Below, piece by piece: positions 36,522-50,669 of a stretch of 64,000 nucleotides of DNA. Source of the DNA: Octopus sinensis. Its lineage: Eukaryota. The stretch is taken from positions 12,090,001 to 12,154,000 of the forward strand of contig NC_043003.1 in NCBI RefSeq assembly GCF_006345805.1, read 5' to 3'. A program made the position numbers and the translations under genes. A model generated the notes under the pieces. It searched no databases. It was not told the DNA's origin and was given only the letters and a program-made list of their open reading frames with translations. The stretch's first letter is position 1; every line of letters begins with the position of its first letter.

Positions 36522-36930
36522 CTTATTTCTTTATTGCCCACAAGGGGTAAACGTAGAGGGGACAAACAAGGAGAGACAAAGGGATTAAGTCGATTACATT
36601 GACCCCAATGCATAACTGGTACTTAATTTATCGACCCCGAAAGGGTGAAAGGCAAAGTCGACCTTGGCGGAATTTGAACTCAGACGTAGCGGCAGACAAA
36701 ATACCTATTTCTTTACTACTCACAAGGGGTTAAACACAGAGAGGACAAACAAATGGATTAAGTTGATTATATCGACCCCAGTGCATAACTGGTACTTATT
36801 TAATCAACCCCGAAAGGATGAAAGGCAAAGTCGACCTCAGCGGAATTTGAACTCGGAATGTAAAGACTGACGAAATTCCACTAAGCATTTCACCCAGCGT
36901 GGTAATGTTTCTGTCAGCTCGCCACCTTGG
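36522..36930 (-). mobile_element. SINE head-to-tail dimer
   Basis: Two core units with the AAAGAAATA|GGTATTT junction near 36700. Confidence 0.85.
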
Positions 36931-39900
36931 GCTTCTTTCAGATTCTGTCTACCAAGTCTACTCACAAGACATTTTACCCAAGGTACCACGCAGTGGGACT
37001 GAACCCAGAACCATGTGCTTGGGAAACAGACTTCTTACCGCACAGCCATATCTGTGCCTAACTAACCGTTATTAATTTCCTGTCACAATTTCTCTTGTAT
37101 CATTTCTTTCTAATCCTCATACATTCACTTACATAAACTCACATTCATTCTTAACATGAATTCATTTTGAAGTTGACTTAACATAATTTTTTAATTTTAA
37201 TTTTTTCATTCACACTCTCTCATTTTGCTACACTCTTCTCTCTTGCATAATCCGTCATTCATACACCGGAAATTATGGCTTACATTATTTTAGCCTCCTA
37301 AAGTTATTCAAGAAAGTAATTAAATTTTAAATTAACATTGGATTCGGTTTATTTTGTAGTGTGTCAATGTTGAAGAATTTTAATGTATTTCTTAGCTTTG
37401 GGAAAAATATTTTCTCTGTCTAATATCTTGCTTATACTTTAGCATCATATACTAACTCCCTTGGGTTTTAGTTAATGGAAACCCTCTAAGATACCGTAAA
37501 AAGATGGAAGTTAAGATCCTTTCAGCTTATAAAAATTTGAAAATGGCAGACATTAGAGTCAGGGCAGTATTCACAGTATTACCGGTGCCCAAGCAAATCA
37601 ATGCATTAGGTCCTATACTGTTTATTTATTGACAGCAAGCCACACCTTCTACGGTTCAAAATTGTGCCTCTAGACCTATGAAGCCCCGGGGTAACTACCC
37701 AGTATGCCTATGCCTTGAGATGGTGCTGATTATGGTGTTTTTTATATTATTTTAAAGCATTGTTAAATCCGAGCATTATTTGTTAAGCCCCAGGTTGGTT
37801 CTGATTGAAAAGACCTATGGTCAAAGGCATTCCAGGTATCATCAGCCAATCATTTTTTTCAGGCATTGTATACCTTAGACTATATTATTAAATGTGTCCT
37901 TTTGTAAAATAATATGATGTGATTTTGAGGAAGATATGGCTGTTATGTTTAGTAGTCTATGTTACCATGTAAAGACTGGTTCTGTCTGAAATCTTAATTT
38001 CTTATGGAAGCATTAGAACAATATTTGTGTTCCAAAGCAAATTGTGGAAATTCAACTTTTTTTTTAATTACAAGTAGATATTGGTACTCTAATGTAATAT
38101 TTGATAGTTTCTTATTTTGTGTAAGCTAATCCCATCCTACTGTGTGGCATCTTGGGCTGGTGTTTCCTACTTTGGCCCTGATCTGATCAAATCCCTGTGA
38201 GTGGGTTTGGCTGTTGGAGTCTGAAAGAAGCTCAATGTGTGTTTGTGTCTCCTTGATTTGACGTTGTGTTACTGTCATACAAGCAGTGTTATTCATTCCC
38301 AAAATTCTGCAAAAACATGTCTGGTCATGGAGGAATATTATCTTGTTTAGAAACGTATAAGGGTTGACAACAGGAAGAGCATCTGGTTGTAGAAATATTG
38401 CCTCTGTAAATTCTGTAAGATCCATGCAAGCCTGGAAAAGTATATATTAAAATGATGATGATGAATCCAAAGAGAATTTGGTATTATCCAAAATATTTAA
38501 GATGACTTGGAGGTAGGACAAGTGGGTGAGTTAAGGTGATTTATCATTAACACCAGGAACGACAGGTTTGAGAGCCTATACAAAAGTAATTCTGAAGAGT
38601 TCAGATATCATTCTGTGTTTTATGACCACTTCTCACAGAATTATTCCAGTATAAAACCTTACATTCACTTGTTATAAACATTGGGCTATGGCTATGCTGG
38701 GGCACCACCTTGAAGGGTTTTTGTTGAACAAATCAATCTCTGTACCTGTGTTTATTTTACACTTGGTTCATATTCTATTGGTCGCTTTTGCTGAGCTTCC
38801 AAGTTATGGAGATGTAAAACAGTTGTTGAGCAGTAGTGGGAGCATACGCACATACAATGGGCTTCTGAACATTTTCTGCTTATCAAATTCACTCACAAGG
38901 GTTTGATTGGTTGGTCTGAGGCTAAAATTGAAGATATTTAGCCAAAATGGTACTGAACCTGAAACCACATGGTTGGAAAGTGAGCTTCTTAACCACACAG
39001 CTATACCTGTGTCTAAATAGAAAAAATGCATAAATTGAGAGGTAAAAAGCTCTACTAATTAGAGTTGAACTAAACCAAGTTCAGAAGAGGTGAGAGCAAA
39101 TGTCCAACCCTTAGGATTTTCACAGTGGACACCAAAAGCTTCCAAAAGATTATCTGTGCACTCTACTACAGATGAAGGTTCAATCAGTGTTGGTGCTGTG
39201 AGAGACATTCTTGTAGATTGAGAAGAGAGGTAAGAAAATAATTTTTGTTTATTCTTCTGGAAAAAGTTTTGGTCTTGTGCTATATATAAGTCAGTAAAAT
39301 CTATCAGCTTTCTAAGAATTTGTTTACTGTTCATCCTTCAGTCACAATGTCTTCTTTGTGTTAAGACAGAAATGAGTTTTAACTTCACAATAAACTTAAT
39401 TACTAACAACAAAAAAAGGGCCTTCAAAAATTGTCACAGGAGCAATGACAAATGATTGAGACCTTTCGAATTATGCCATGCTTGATAAGAAGACTCTTCA
39501 GGCCAAGTAAAATTGTAGCTGTGACAGATACTGGTGCACACAAATGGCACCCATGCTGGTGACATATAAAAGCACCCATTGCAGTCTCGGAGTGGTTGGC
39601 ATTAGGAAGGGCATCCAAGTCACAGAGAGCAAGCCAAATCAGACTGGAGTCTGGTGCAGCCTTCCAGCATGCCAGCCCTGGTCAAGCTGTCCAACCCATG
39701 CCAGCATGGACAACGGACAATAAATGATAATGATGATGAATGATATCTAGATAGTAACAAGAAGATTAGATATAACCTTTAGCTGACAAGAAAATAATTT
39801 ATTACATTAACTCATTAATATTGGTTTCAACCTCAATAGTCAACTGATACTTAATCTTTGGACCCAGTGAGGATAAAAGGCAAAGCCGGTTTCAGCAGGA

Positions 39901-41780
39901 TTTGAACTCAGAACCTAAAGACAAAAAGCTCTTTGCTACTTTGAATGATAGAAATAAATATGATTTCAAATTTTGGCATAGGCCAGCAATTTCAGGGGAG
40001 GGATTAAGTTGATTACTTCGACCCCAGTCTTCAACTGGTACTTATTTTATTGACCCTGAAAGGATGAAAGGCAAAGTTGATCTCAGTAGAATTAGAACTC
40101 ATAATGTAAAGAAAGACAAAACACTGTTAAGCATTTTGCCTGGCATCTCTACCGATTCTGCCAGTTTGCCACCTTTATTAACTCATTAACGTTAAAAGTA
40201 CAAGTGTAGTTTTTGTGGTTGAGAAACTTGCTTGCCACCCATGTGTTCTGTGGTTTCAATCTCACTGCATGGCAACTTGGGCAAGTATTATCTACAATGG
40301 CTCCTGAAATACCAAAGCCTTGTGAATAGATCTGCTGGATGGAAACTGCAAGGAGCTAGTCGCATATATGTATATATGTGTATGGAAATGCATTTTTTGT
40401 GTGTGTCTGTTAGAGTCTCCTTGTTTTGACATCAAGCATAAATCTTGATGTCAAAACATCATGCAAAAGATATTTGCTTCCAGTCTTTCGTGAAAAGTAT
40501 GTTAAGCCATAGGAAATATTACCTTGCTTGGAAACAGGGGAAGATTGGTTACAGGAACAGCATTTGGACATAGAAAATTTGCCTCAGCAAATTGTTTTCG
40601 ACCCATGCAAGCATGAAAAAGTGAATGTGAAATGATGATGATGATACTCTATTAATGCATACAGTTTAATTTTTGTTGCTATAATTAATTACAACTAATA
40701 AATAATTTGTATTGTGTTATTTACCGAATTTCCTGCTTTTGGAAAACTCTATATTAATGGGTTAAATATATAATTTAAATCTATGAATAATAAAACAGAC
40801 CTGTAAATGTATTAAATTTTTTATAGTGTGTAAACACACACAAACACATAAGCATACACATACATACACACACAAACATACATATAAACACATATACATA
40901 AACACACATATACACACACAACACATACACAAACACATACATATACACACACACACACTCACCACATTGTTTTGTTTCCATAAAAAATACTTTATAGTTA
41001 GCTTTACAAATTTGATATAAACATATAGTTTGCAGGAATAACTTTATTTTCCTTATTTATTTGTTTACAAAAGAGATGTCTGATACATATTTTTATTCAG
41101 CTCTCATATTTTGCAGCATTTGTATAGTCAGTGTCTCATGGTTATTTCAAAACTGACAGAATGTATATGCTTAATGTGATTTCATTTCATTTCATGCATG
41201 AGATTACAGCATGTTAAAACATTCAAAGAATATGCTTTACTCATTGATATTATCTATTATTATCTATTTCAGGAATAAATATGACAAAATAATGCCACTT
41301 AGTAATAAGTTATGAATCATATTTTTTTTATACTCCTAACAAATGTAATCTAAAGCAATTTGTATTGGGGTTTTTTTAGGGTGTTTTTTTAGATTATCAC
41401 TCAGAAATAGGTACAGGCATGGCTGTGTGGTTAAGAAGTCTGTTTTCCAGTGATGTGGTTTTGGATTCAATCCCTGAAAAGCCCATCATGCCTCTGTGAG
41501 TGTGTGTGTGTAGAGAGAGAGAATTCTTTTTCAGATTAGTGGATCTTGGGGGCACATAAAGCTATGAATAATAGTATGTAAATATTGAGTTGAGAAGCCC
41601 TTTTGGATAGAAAAATTTGAAAGCTGTCTGTGGGACATGAACTCACATCTTCTGCAAACCAGTTTTAGCTTTATATGTGCTTCAAGATCCGCTATTCCAA
41701 AACAGAATTATTTCACGTTCTCCTTAAAGTTTATAAAATTCTCTTGACGTCAACAACATATATATATATATATATATAAA

Positions 41781-42515
41781 TAAACAGTAAAGCAAGTAGC
41801 CACATCAAAGTGGCAGATGAATGTTACTACTAGTTTAACCCCAGGCTGATTCTCTGCCGGCTGGCTTTTGGTGCAAGCTCTGCATCCTTTATATACAATA
41901 CTAGCACTATGACCTGGCAACACCGGGTCATAGTGCTAGTGCATGCATATACAGCTACTAACTGAAAAATTGTGGATTTGTTTAAATGACACACACACAC
42001 AGACATTTTGCTGTTTATATATATAGAGATATTCCTTGCAGGGGGAGCAAATCCCTTATAGCGTCCAACAGCTGACAGGATTGCAGGACTGGTCAGGTTT
42101 GAGTTATTTGGCTCACATTAGCTGCGCAGTAGAGTGAGAGCTAAGATCTGCTTCTGCCAGCCATATATTGTAAACAAAATGACCATCGGTCACTGATTTG
42201 CAACAAGTAAAATAGCTAGTTATAAAATTACAAGAGATTTGTTTACAGTATATCACTAGCAGAAATGGATCTTAGCTATAATCCCACTGCACAGGTGTGT
42301 GTGGCTGATATAAGCCAAATAGCTCAATACTGACCAGTCCTGTGATCTTGTCAGCTGCTGGAGGGTAATAGGGGTTCTCTTCCCCTGTTAGTGATATACT
42401 GTATATAAAGGGTGCAGAGCTTGCACCAAAAACCAGTCGGCAGAAAATCTGCCTGGAGTTAAACTACAGTAACATTCATCTATCACTTTGATGTGGCAAC
42501 TTGCTTTACTGTTTA
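41781..42515. mobile_element. Old, fully palindromic foldback/MITE element interrupted by a mini-Helitron
   Basis: 41781-41900 plus 42030 onward mirror 42250-42515 along their length with scattered mismatches. Confidence 0.75.
41901..42029 (-). mobile_element. 129-bp mini-Helitron
   Basis: 5' TCTCTATATATATAAACAGC, 3' extended hairpin CTAGCACTATGACC..GGTCATAGTGCTAG, inserted between A and T. Confidence 0.8.
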
Positions 42516-42564
42516 GTATATGTTACTACTCTATCTCTTTATGAAATTTTATACCTAGCTATTT

Positions 42565-42598
<34 letters not shown>

Positions 42599-42999
42599 TC
42601 ATCATCATCGTTTAATGTCCGCTTTCCATGCTGACATGGGTTGGACAGTTTGACTGAGGGTTGGTGAGCCAGAGGCTGCACCAGGCTCAATCTGATCTGG
42701 CAAAGTTTCTACAGCTTGTTGCCCTTCCTAACGCCAACCGTTCCGAGATTGTAATATATATATATATATATTATACAGAATTAAGGATAAAACCACTTTA
42801 ATGATTTTATCAAGTGGCCAGCATGAAATAAAAACCTTGTAGGTAACAATTTATGTTAATTTATAATATATTAAATGTATAATTATAAATTTATATATTA
42901 GTAAATTAATATATATATATATATATATTTATAAAAAAAAATCTCCACTATATGTAATCTGTTGAGTACCTGCCACATTGAATTTTCTAATGCATAAAG

Positions 43000-43760
43000 A
43001 TGTTGATGAATGGTCCCTCTCTCTCCTCAGTGACCATCACTATGGCTTTTGTAAAACCAGATCTATTGAATTCCAGCTTTCCTGTGTCACTCATCATTGG
43101 TTTTACACACTTAAGAATTATTCATAAAAAAAAATGTCAGAAACCAGATAATTGTAGAATGCTCACTTGACTATCCGGTATGAGAATCTTCAATTTAAGC
43201 TGCTTGCTTATACCCTTCATTTATCTTTGGGATTGGAAGCTTCTTGTCAGCTCAAAGTCAATACAGTTGCTAGGCTTCACAATCATTGATCTCTCTGGGC
43301 AACCTCACATCCATGACACCACAAAGTCTGCATCTCAGAGATTAGCCTTCCTCTTCAAGACCAGAAAATATGTCAGCTTCAAATAATCACCAACTCTGTA
43401 CAAACTCAACAAATAGCTAGAAAGGAATACTGCTGTAATACTGAGAACAGTGTGTTGCTACTACACAATCATTTTAGACTATATATAAAAGAAAACTATC
43501 TGAAAGATCAGCAATGAGTCATTCACCAACACCCTTCAACCTCTTGTCTATAGATTTGCCATCTCTCTTGTCTGTCTTTGCTACTGCTACTACAACAATC
43601 TCTGCTCCTCGGAGATAGCAAATTTGCATACCATCTCCCTCCAGCTTATTTGTCTCTTGTCTTATCACCTATACTCTACTGTCCCCTCTCATTCACTAAC
43701 AACTTTTATTTAATCCTTGCTACCTAAAACTTTCCACTTCTCTAATTCACTTCCTAGCTT
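43000..43760 (+). mobile_element. Decayed CR1/L2-group LINE RT remnant
   Basis: LSDHHYGFCKTRS (QYGFR motif) and SIQLLGFTIIDLSGQPHIHDTTKSASQRLAFL (LG..I..DLSW..HI motif). Confidence 0.6.
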
Positions 43761-44829
43761 TTTTTTTCTGTAATAATTCACCTACAAATGAACACCAACT
43801 ACATACTTCTTGTCAGTCTTAGAGGGTTTGTAAAGCTCATGAGGGCAGCCTACTCCTATCTAAACCATAAAAGGAGAGAAATAAGTGTGCTTAATTTCCA
43901 CATTAAACTACAATGTTTAAAAGAAGCAATGACATTCATGAGATACTTGGCCAGTCTGTTTTACTTCAGATAAATTTAGTGTATTTAATCCTCTCACGTA
44001 GAGTATGATAAACGACTGCTTTATATCTTCCAGTTAACGCTTGGTTTCAGGTTTCATTGATTCCGTCATTGATTCCTATCTAATTTTATTAACCAACAGA
44101 AGCAGTTGTGTAAATAGATCAGGAAGAAATATGTGTGGTTAAAGTTTTAACTAATATAAGCGTAATTAAATGCCTGTTACTCTGTTGTTAAGACAGGAAG
44201 ATGTTCAAACAATCCCGATTTTACTAACATTGGCAGGTTTAATTTTCGATAAGAACTACAAAAGGCATTTCATACAAATGCAAAGTTTTAATATTTGAGT
44301 ATGGTCATAATTCATTTTAGTGTGTTTGTAGTTGAAATGTTATCAGTTGGGTGCTGTTGGAGTAAATTATATATTTGAGACAACTAATAAAGTCATGAAT
44401 TTTACTTATTACATTGTCACCCTTTAAACATCCATTTTCTATGCTGGCATGGGTTGGATGGTTTGACTGGAGCTGGCAAGCTTGGAGAGCTGCACTAGGT
44501 TCTAGTCTGATTTGGCTTGATTTTTGTGACTGGATGCCCTTCCTCACACCAACCACTTTACATTGTGTGCTAGGTGGTTTTAATGTAGCTCCAGTATGAG
44601 CACTTTTACATGGCACTGGCACGAGTGCGTTTTATGAGGCACCTACACAGGACTCTTGTAGGTCAATCCAGGAGTAGCAGCCTTAACATTTCTGCTGTGT
44701 AGGATGGGTCTTCTTGAGGGACGGCCAGTTTTACCAACATAAAAACTAAATTCACTTGCTATCTTTATTTTGCTTTTTGTGCCAATCCTTATCCGTGGTT
44801 CATGAATCTTTGGTAATGGCTAAAAGAGT

Positions 44830-45210
44830 ACAATTATGAACACAGCAGCCAGAATTGGATTCCTTCAAAGGATTTCTGGAGTAATGTTACTTGACACGGT
44901 GCAGAGGTGAAGGAGTTTCTCTAGGCCGAGCCACTATTTCTCTGCACTGAGAAGTAACAGCTCCACCAGTAAGATAGGTAGATGATTAAAATGCTGGAAG
45001 ACAGAATTACAAGATGGATTTTTCCAGCCACCCAGTAGGAGCCCCATGGATAAACCAAAATCAGTATGGTTAGGCTCAAAAGCCCAATGACTGTTGCTTC
45101 TGATGTGACTTTATGGAGTGGGTGCCTGAGGACTTGAGAAAATCTATTGAACCTATCAGATGCAGAAAAGTAGACATTAAAACAGTGATGATGGTGATGG
45201 TGATGATGTA
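44830..45210 (+). mobile_element. Decayed RTE-clade LINE 3' end
   Basis: AARIGFLQRISGVMLLDTV resembles the RTE AAEMxFLRRxxGxxLLD motif; GAT/GGT-repeat tail. Confidence 0.55.
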
Positions 45211-47100
45211 AGTTGAAATTATTAATTAGCCTTCAGAAATGGCTTTCTACAGAAAATTTCTAACTGAAATAGTATTTGATTGATAATCACTGAGATATGA
45301 ATGTATTTATTTTTTTATTTACATGACTTTGGAGAAGAATGAAAACTCCCATGATCCTTTTCAATACCTCTGTTAAACTAGTTGTAAAGGAGTGGGATGG
45401 TGTCATGATTAAAATACTGGCAATTGAGTATACATTGCTAAAAGCACATAAGTACCATATGGTGGTGTTAAACTGGCAATGGATTAAGTTTTCCACCCCA
45501 AAATACACAAACTCCCATTGTAAATGGCCTCCAGGTTAGGTATAATTTATGACAATGATGAATTTATATAGCCCATAAACCAGTGAAGCTGTTCCTTGGC
45601 TATTGTTATTATTATAAATATTATAGAAATAGTAATGAATATTATTTTTCTTATGTTTTTTTTATATTCCATTTAAGGTCATTGAAGTGGGTGTAACAGT
45701 AGGGTTCTGGACAAAAATACCGTTTAGTTTCAATACTAGCTTTCAGCGTTCTCTTTCTATGTTTACTTTACAGCTGCATTTGATAAAATGAGGACCAACC
45801 AAGTGCAAGGTTTCTCTGTGGATTTTTTAACATAGTTATTCCATTTGTTATTTCAGTTTTTTGATTTTGATTTTTTTTGTGGCCAAGTGGTTAAGAAGTT
45901 CACTTTCTAGCCATGTAGTTTTGGATTCAGATCCATAACGTGGCACTTTGGGCAACTGTATTCTACTATAACCCAAGACCGACCAAAGCCTTGCGAGAGG
46001 ATTTAGTAGATGGAAATTGAAGAAGCTCATTGTATATGTGTGTATATATGTATATTGTGAAGGCACATGGCTCAGTGGTTAGAGCGTCAAGCTTATGATA
46101 GTGAGCTTGTGAGCTCAAATCCTAGACCGGGCTGCATGTTGTGTTCTTGTGCCAAGCTGTATTGGCTGTTGCCTTTCCCTTGGATAACACTGGTGGTGTG
46201 GAGAGGGGAGGCTGGTATGCATGGGTGACTGCTGGTCTTCCATAAAACAACCTTGCCCGGACTTGTGCCTAGGAGGGTAACTTTCTAGGTGCAATCCCAT
46301 GGTCTGTGTCATGACTGAAGGGAGTCTCATGTATATGAGGTGCTGAAAAGTTCCTGGGTTTGGGTAAAAGAAGATACAAGAGGATCAGTTAATTATGATT
46401 TTATTCAACATGTTTCCCTCTCAGATTCACACACACATTGCAGTGGTCCTTCAGTTTTTCTAAGCCTTGTGAAAAACTTGCAAGGCTGGGCCTTTTGCAA
46501 TACCCTTAAAACCAGGAACTTTTCAGCACCCTGACCCTAACCTCTTGTATATATGTGTGTGTGTTACTTTCATTACAAGTACTGTTCTTCTAAAAATGTC
46601 TGGTCACAGGAGAATATTACCTTAGTTGGAAATGTGTGAGGGTTGGCAGCAGGAAGGGCATCTGGCCATAGAAAATCTGCTTCAACAAATTCTGTGAGAC
46701 ACATGCAAGTATGGAAAACTGGATGAGACTCATGATGATGAAGATCTATGCTTACTTCACAATGGCAGTTGATAAAATGAGGATCAAATCCATGAACTAT
46801 AATTCTTTTATGTGAAATTTTGGCCGATATTTATTCCATTTATTATTTCAACTTCTCTTGATTTTACTTTTCTTGAGAAAAAAGCCTTCTATTTAGTAAA
46901 CGACATCTAACCAAAAACAGATTAGCCCAGTTTGCTTATCTCATGTTTCTTTTGGCTGCCACTGTAAAATACAAAATATTCCATAAAGTGAATCAAATGA
47001 AATAAGCTATTTGTTTTTTTTTTTCTCCTTTTGTAAAACAATAACTATACATATCAAGATGACCCAATTGTTACAAAAAACATATGTTGCCATTTCACAG

Positions 47101-47229
47101 GTCAACGTATGGCCTTGTCGAGACGTTATTATGTGACATTATTCCCAGTTCAAATTGACTTTTCAATACAGTCCAAGCAAGACAACAACCAATTTGCCAT
47201 AAATTCTGCAAACACATGCTGCTACTCAG
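47101..47229 (+). CDS. Candidate internal exon (phase 1-1, 129 nt)
   Basis: TTTCACAG| acceptor, open frame QRMALSRRYYVTLFPVQIDFSIQSKQDNNQFAINSANTCCYS, weak donor CAG|GTTTTA. Confidence 0.2.
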
Positions 47230-49174
47230 GTTTTAATTATGTAGATCTGTTGTTGTTCTTTTTATTATGAATGACATTCGTTTAGTTAAAATGCTATGTC
47301 TTAATCCCTAAACATTGAAATTGATTGAAAAGACAATGGCAGGTTTTCAAACTGGCCGTAACTTGATCGTGTTTGTTACCTTTGGTTCAAGACTACACAA
47401 GAAAATTGTCTCCTTTCTTTCATTGTTTTGTAACTGTTCATTTGAATAAACTTGTCTAAACCACTAGAATACTAAATTATTCAAAGGGTGATGACAAAAA
47501 CACGAAAGAAAATAAATCAGAGCCTCTCTTTATTCTTCATTGCTTAAATTTCCATTTTCTCATGCTGACACAAGTGAGATGTATAATTAGTTTCTTTTAC
47601 TAGTTTCAATCATTGGATTGTGGCCATGCTGGGGCATCACCTCAAAGGGTTTTAATTGAACAAATTCACCCCAGTACTTCTGTTTAAGTCTGATACTTAT
47701 TCTATCAATCTCTTTTTGCTGAACTGCCAAGTTATGAGGATGTAAACAAACCAACACCAGTTGTCAATTCATGGTAGGATGCAAACACTCATACATACAT
47801 ACATACATACATACACACATGCATGCATATTATGGGCTTCCACACAGTTTCCATCTACCATATTCACTACACTAAGCTGGTTGTGTGTATATGTGTGTGT
47901 GTCTTTGTGTTTGTCCCTAGCAATTGCTTGACAACTGCTGTTGGTTTGTTTATATCCCCATAACTTAGTGGTTCAGCAAAAGAGCCCTATACAACAACTC
48001 AATAATCACCATACTTAAAAATAAATACTTGTGTTGACTTCACCATTATCATTTGACGTCTGTTTTCCATGCTGGCATGGGTTGGACAGTTTGACTGAGA
48101 ACTGGCAAGCCAGGAGGCTGCACCAGGCTCCTATCTGATCTGGCAAGGTTTCTACAGTTGGATGCCCTTCCTAATGCCAACCACTCCAAGAGTGTAGTGG
48201 GTGCTTTCTACGTGCCACTGGCACGGGAGCCAGTCAGGTGGCATTGGCATCAACCATGTTCAGATGGCGTCTTTTATGTGCCACCAGCATGGGAGACAGT
48301 CAGGGGAAAAATACTTCAAGGCTGTGCTCCAGTATGGCCACATTTCAGTGACTGAAACAAGTAAAAGAAAGATAACTGAAGCAGGAAAACTTACATTTCT
48401 AGAAAGAAACATCGTGACATTCCTTCTATTTGATAGAAAGAAAGTATATATTAGAAAAAGGAAATTGCAACTTTGATGCCTTAACGAAAGTCATCATTGG
48501 AATAAATCATTTGAGAATCGAAAATGGTCACTGATTTAATACAATGAAATTTTATCACAGAATAACACATATCTGACATTCCGATGTTGAATCGCTGTTG
48601 GATTGCCATGTTAAATCAACATTTGGGTATAATTTATTGTAAAAATAAAGATTGATGTTAACTCTGTTCCTGAATCAACAATTGTTCTGAAATCAGTTGA
48701 ATCATTATTGATTTACTATTCAACCTTTTCCCTTTATAAGGTCAAGGCTTGCATTTTTAGCCTTGATATTTAGTTCCTGTAAAAAAAATAAGAAAATTAT
48801 ATACAGTTTAAGATGATGTTTGTTTTTAATTAAATAACAGCAATCATAGTAATTTACTTGTGTGAAGTAGCATTGGTTTTCTCTGGAGGGGTTACTTGAA
48901 GAATTTTGACCCCCAGTAATTTGGTTTCTGTCATCCTTTGATACATCTGATAATTACATTTGCAAAGAATGGGAATGGATGATCATGGAGAATATTAATG
49001 TCAATGGTTCTGGGTTCAATCCCATTGCGAGTCACCTTGGGCAAGTGTTTTCTACTTATAGCCTCAGGACAACCAAACCTTGTGAGTGGATTTTGTAGAC
49101 AGAAACTGAAAGAAGCCTGTCATATATATATGTAGATATATATGTGTGTGTGTGTATATATATATATATACATC

Positions 49175-49730
49175 AGACCCCGCATACGCACTTATACTCT
49201 CTCACACACACACACACACACCTATACATACCAATACGTACTAATACATACTAATACATACTAATACATACACCAACCCCATACATACGCACGTCCAGAC
49301 CAATCCTACGCACTAATACTCTCTCATACACACACACACACACACACACACACCCTTATACATACTAATACATACACCAACCCTATACATACACACATCC
49401 AGACCCCTCCCACGCACTTTTAGCTGGTCCCTCAACCCGTTTATCAACCCTATTATCTCCCCTTATTTCGCTCTCGCGTCTCATGTTTGATCTTTGACCT
49501 CTGGCCGAAATCAGATCGCCATGTGATTCGTTAGCTACTGCACGCATTTTTTTTCTCTCCTTCTTTCTGTGTTTTTCTCTCTCTGTGTATCTTTCTGTTG
49601 AAGAGCGTAGGCTCGAAACGTTAAAGACTTGTTTTATTTATATTTCCTGAGCGCCATACTAATACAATTGTTCGTTTGTTTTCCACCTGCCTTCGTCTTT
49701 TGTTTATTTTCATAAGCTTCCCGTTATATA
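49175..49730 (+). mobile_element. PLE 3' end/pLTR inserted in the internal microsatellite of a composite SINE
   Basis: SINE head at about 49005-49130 and tail at about 49850-50060 flank a CpG-retaining block containing a hammerhead-like motif. Confidence 0.6.
49590..49627 (+). ncRNA. Hammerhead-like motif with a non-canonical core (CUGUUGA)
   Basis: TCTTT-CTGTTGA-A-GAGC gtag GCTC-GAA-ACGT-T-AAAGA. Confidence 0.5.
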
Positions 49731-49769
<39 letters not shown>

Positions 49770-50669
49770 TATATATATATGCGTGTATATATATGTGCAT
49801 GTATATATATATATATAATATATAATGATGATGAGGATGATGATAATGTATGTATGTGTGTGTGTCTGTGTTTGTCCTCCCAACATTGCTTGACAACTGA
49901 TGCTGATGTGTTTACATCCCCCGTAACTTAGCAGTTCAGCAAAAGAGACTGATAGAATAAGTACTAGGCTTACAAAGAGTAAGTCCTGGGGTCGATTTGC
50001 TTGACTAAAGGTGGTGCTCCAGCATGGTCGCAGTCAAATAGCTGAAATAATAAAAGAATAATGGAGTGAGAAAACTCCTCAATAGATTTTTTTTTACAAG
50101 TAGTTTTCTTACTCATTAAATAATTGGGCATATTTTCTTTTATTGTTTCAATGAGTGGACTGTGGCCATGCTAGGGTACCGCTTCCAAGGATTTTGTCAA
50201 ACAAATTGACCCCAGTACTTTTTTTTTTAAGTTTGGCACTTATTCTATCACTCTTTTTGCTGAACCACTAAGCAAACTGACACCGCTTGTCAGATATGAG
50301 GGCGGGGAAATACAAAGATACATGTGTACATGCATACAAAATATATATATACACATGCACACACCTCCACACACAATCAGTTTCCAGTTTCCGTCTACCA
50401 AATTCACTCACAAGGCTTTGGTCAGCCCGAGGCTATAGTAGAAGAAACTTGTCCAAAGTGCCACGCAGAGCGACTGAACCCGGAATCATGTGGTTGGTAA
50501 GCAAGCTACTTACCACACAGCCACTCCTACGCCTGATGAATGAATTTTCTAAAATGTTGAGTTATTTTGAGTAATGTTTTTAAGAATCTGTTCGCAGCAA
50601 CAAGTACCTTATACTTAAATGTTTATTGTGTAACATGCATTCACATTTTCAACAAAACAAATATATTCT

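Noticed and set aside
39059-39334. Minus-strand ORF and + strand donor GAG|GTAAGA at 39229
   Set aside because: All plausible + exons contain stops in the needed phase, and the minus ORF has no recognisable homology.
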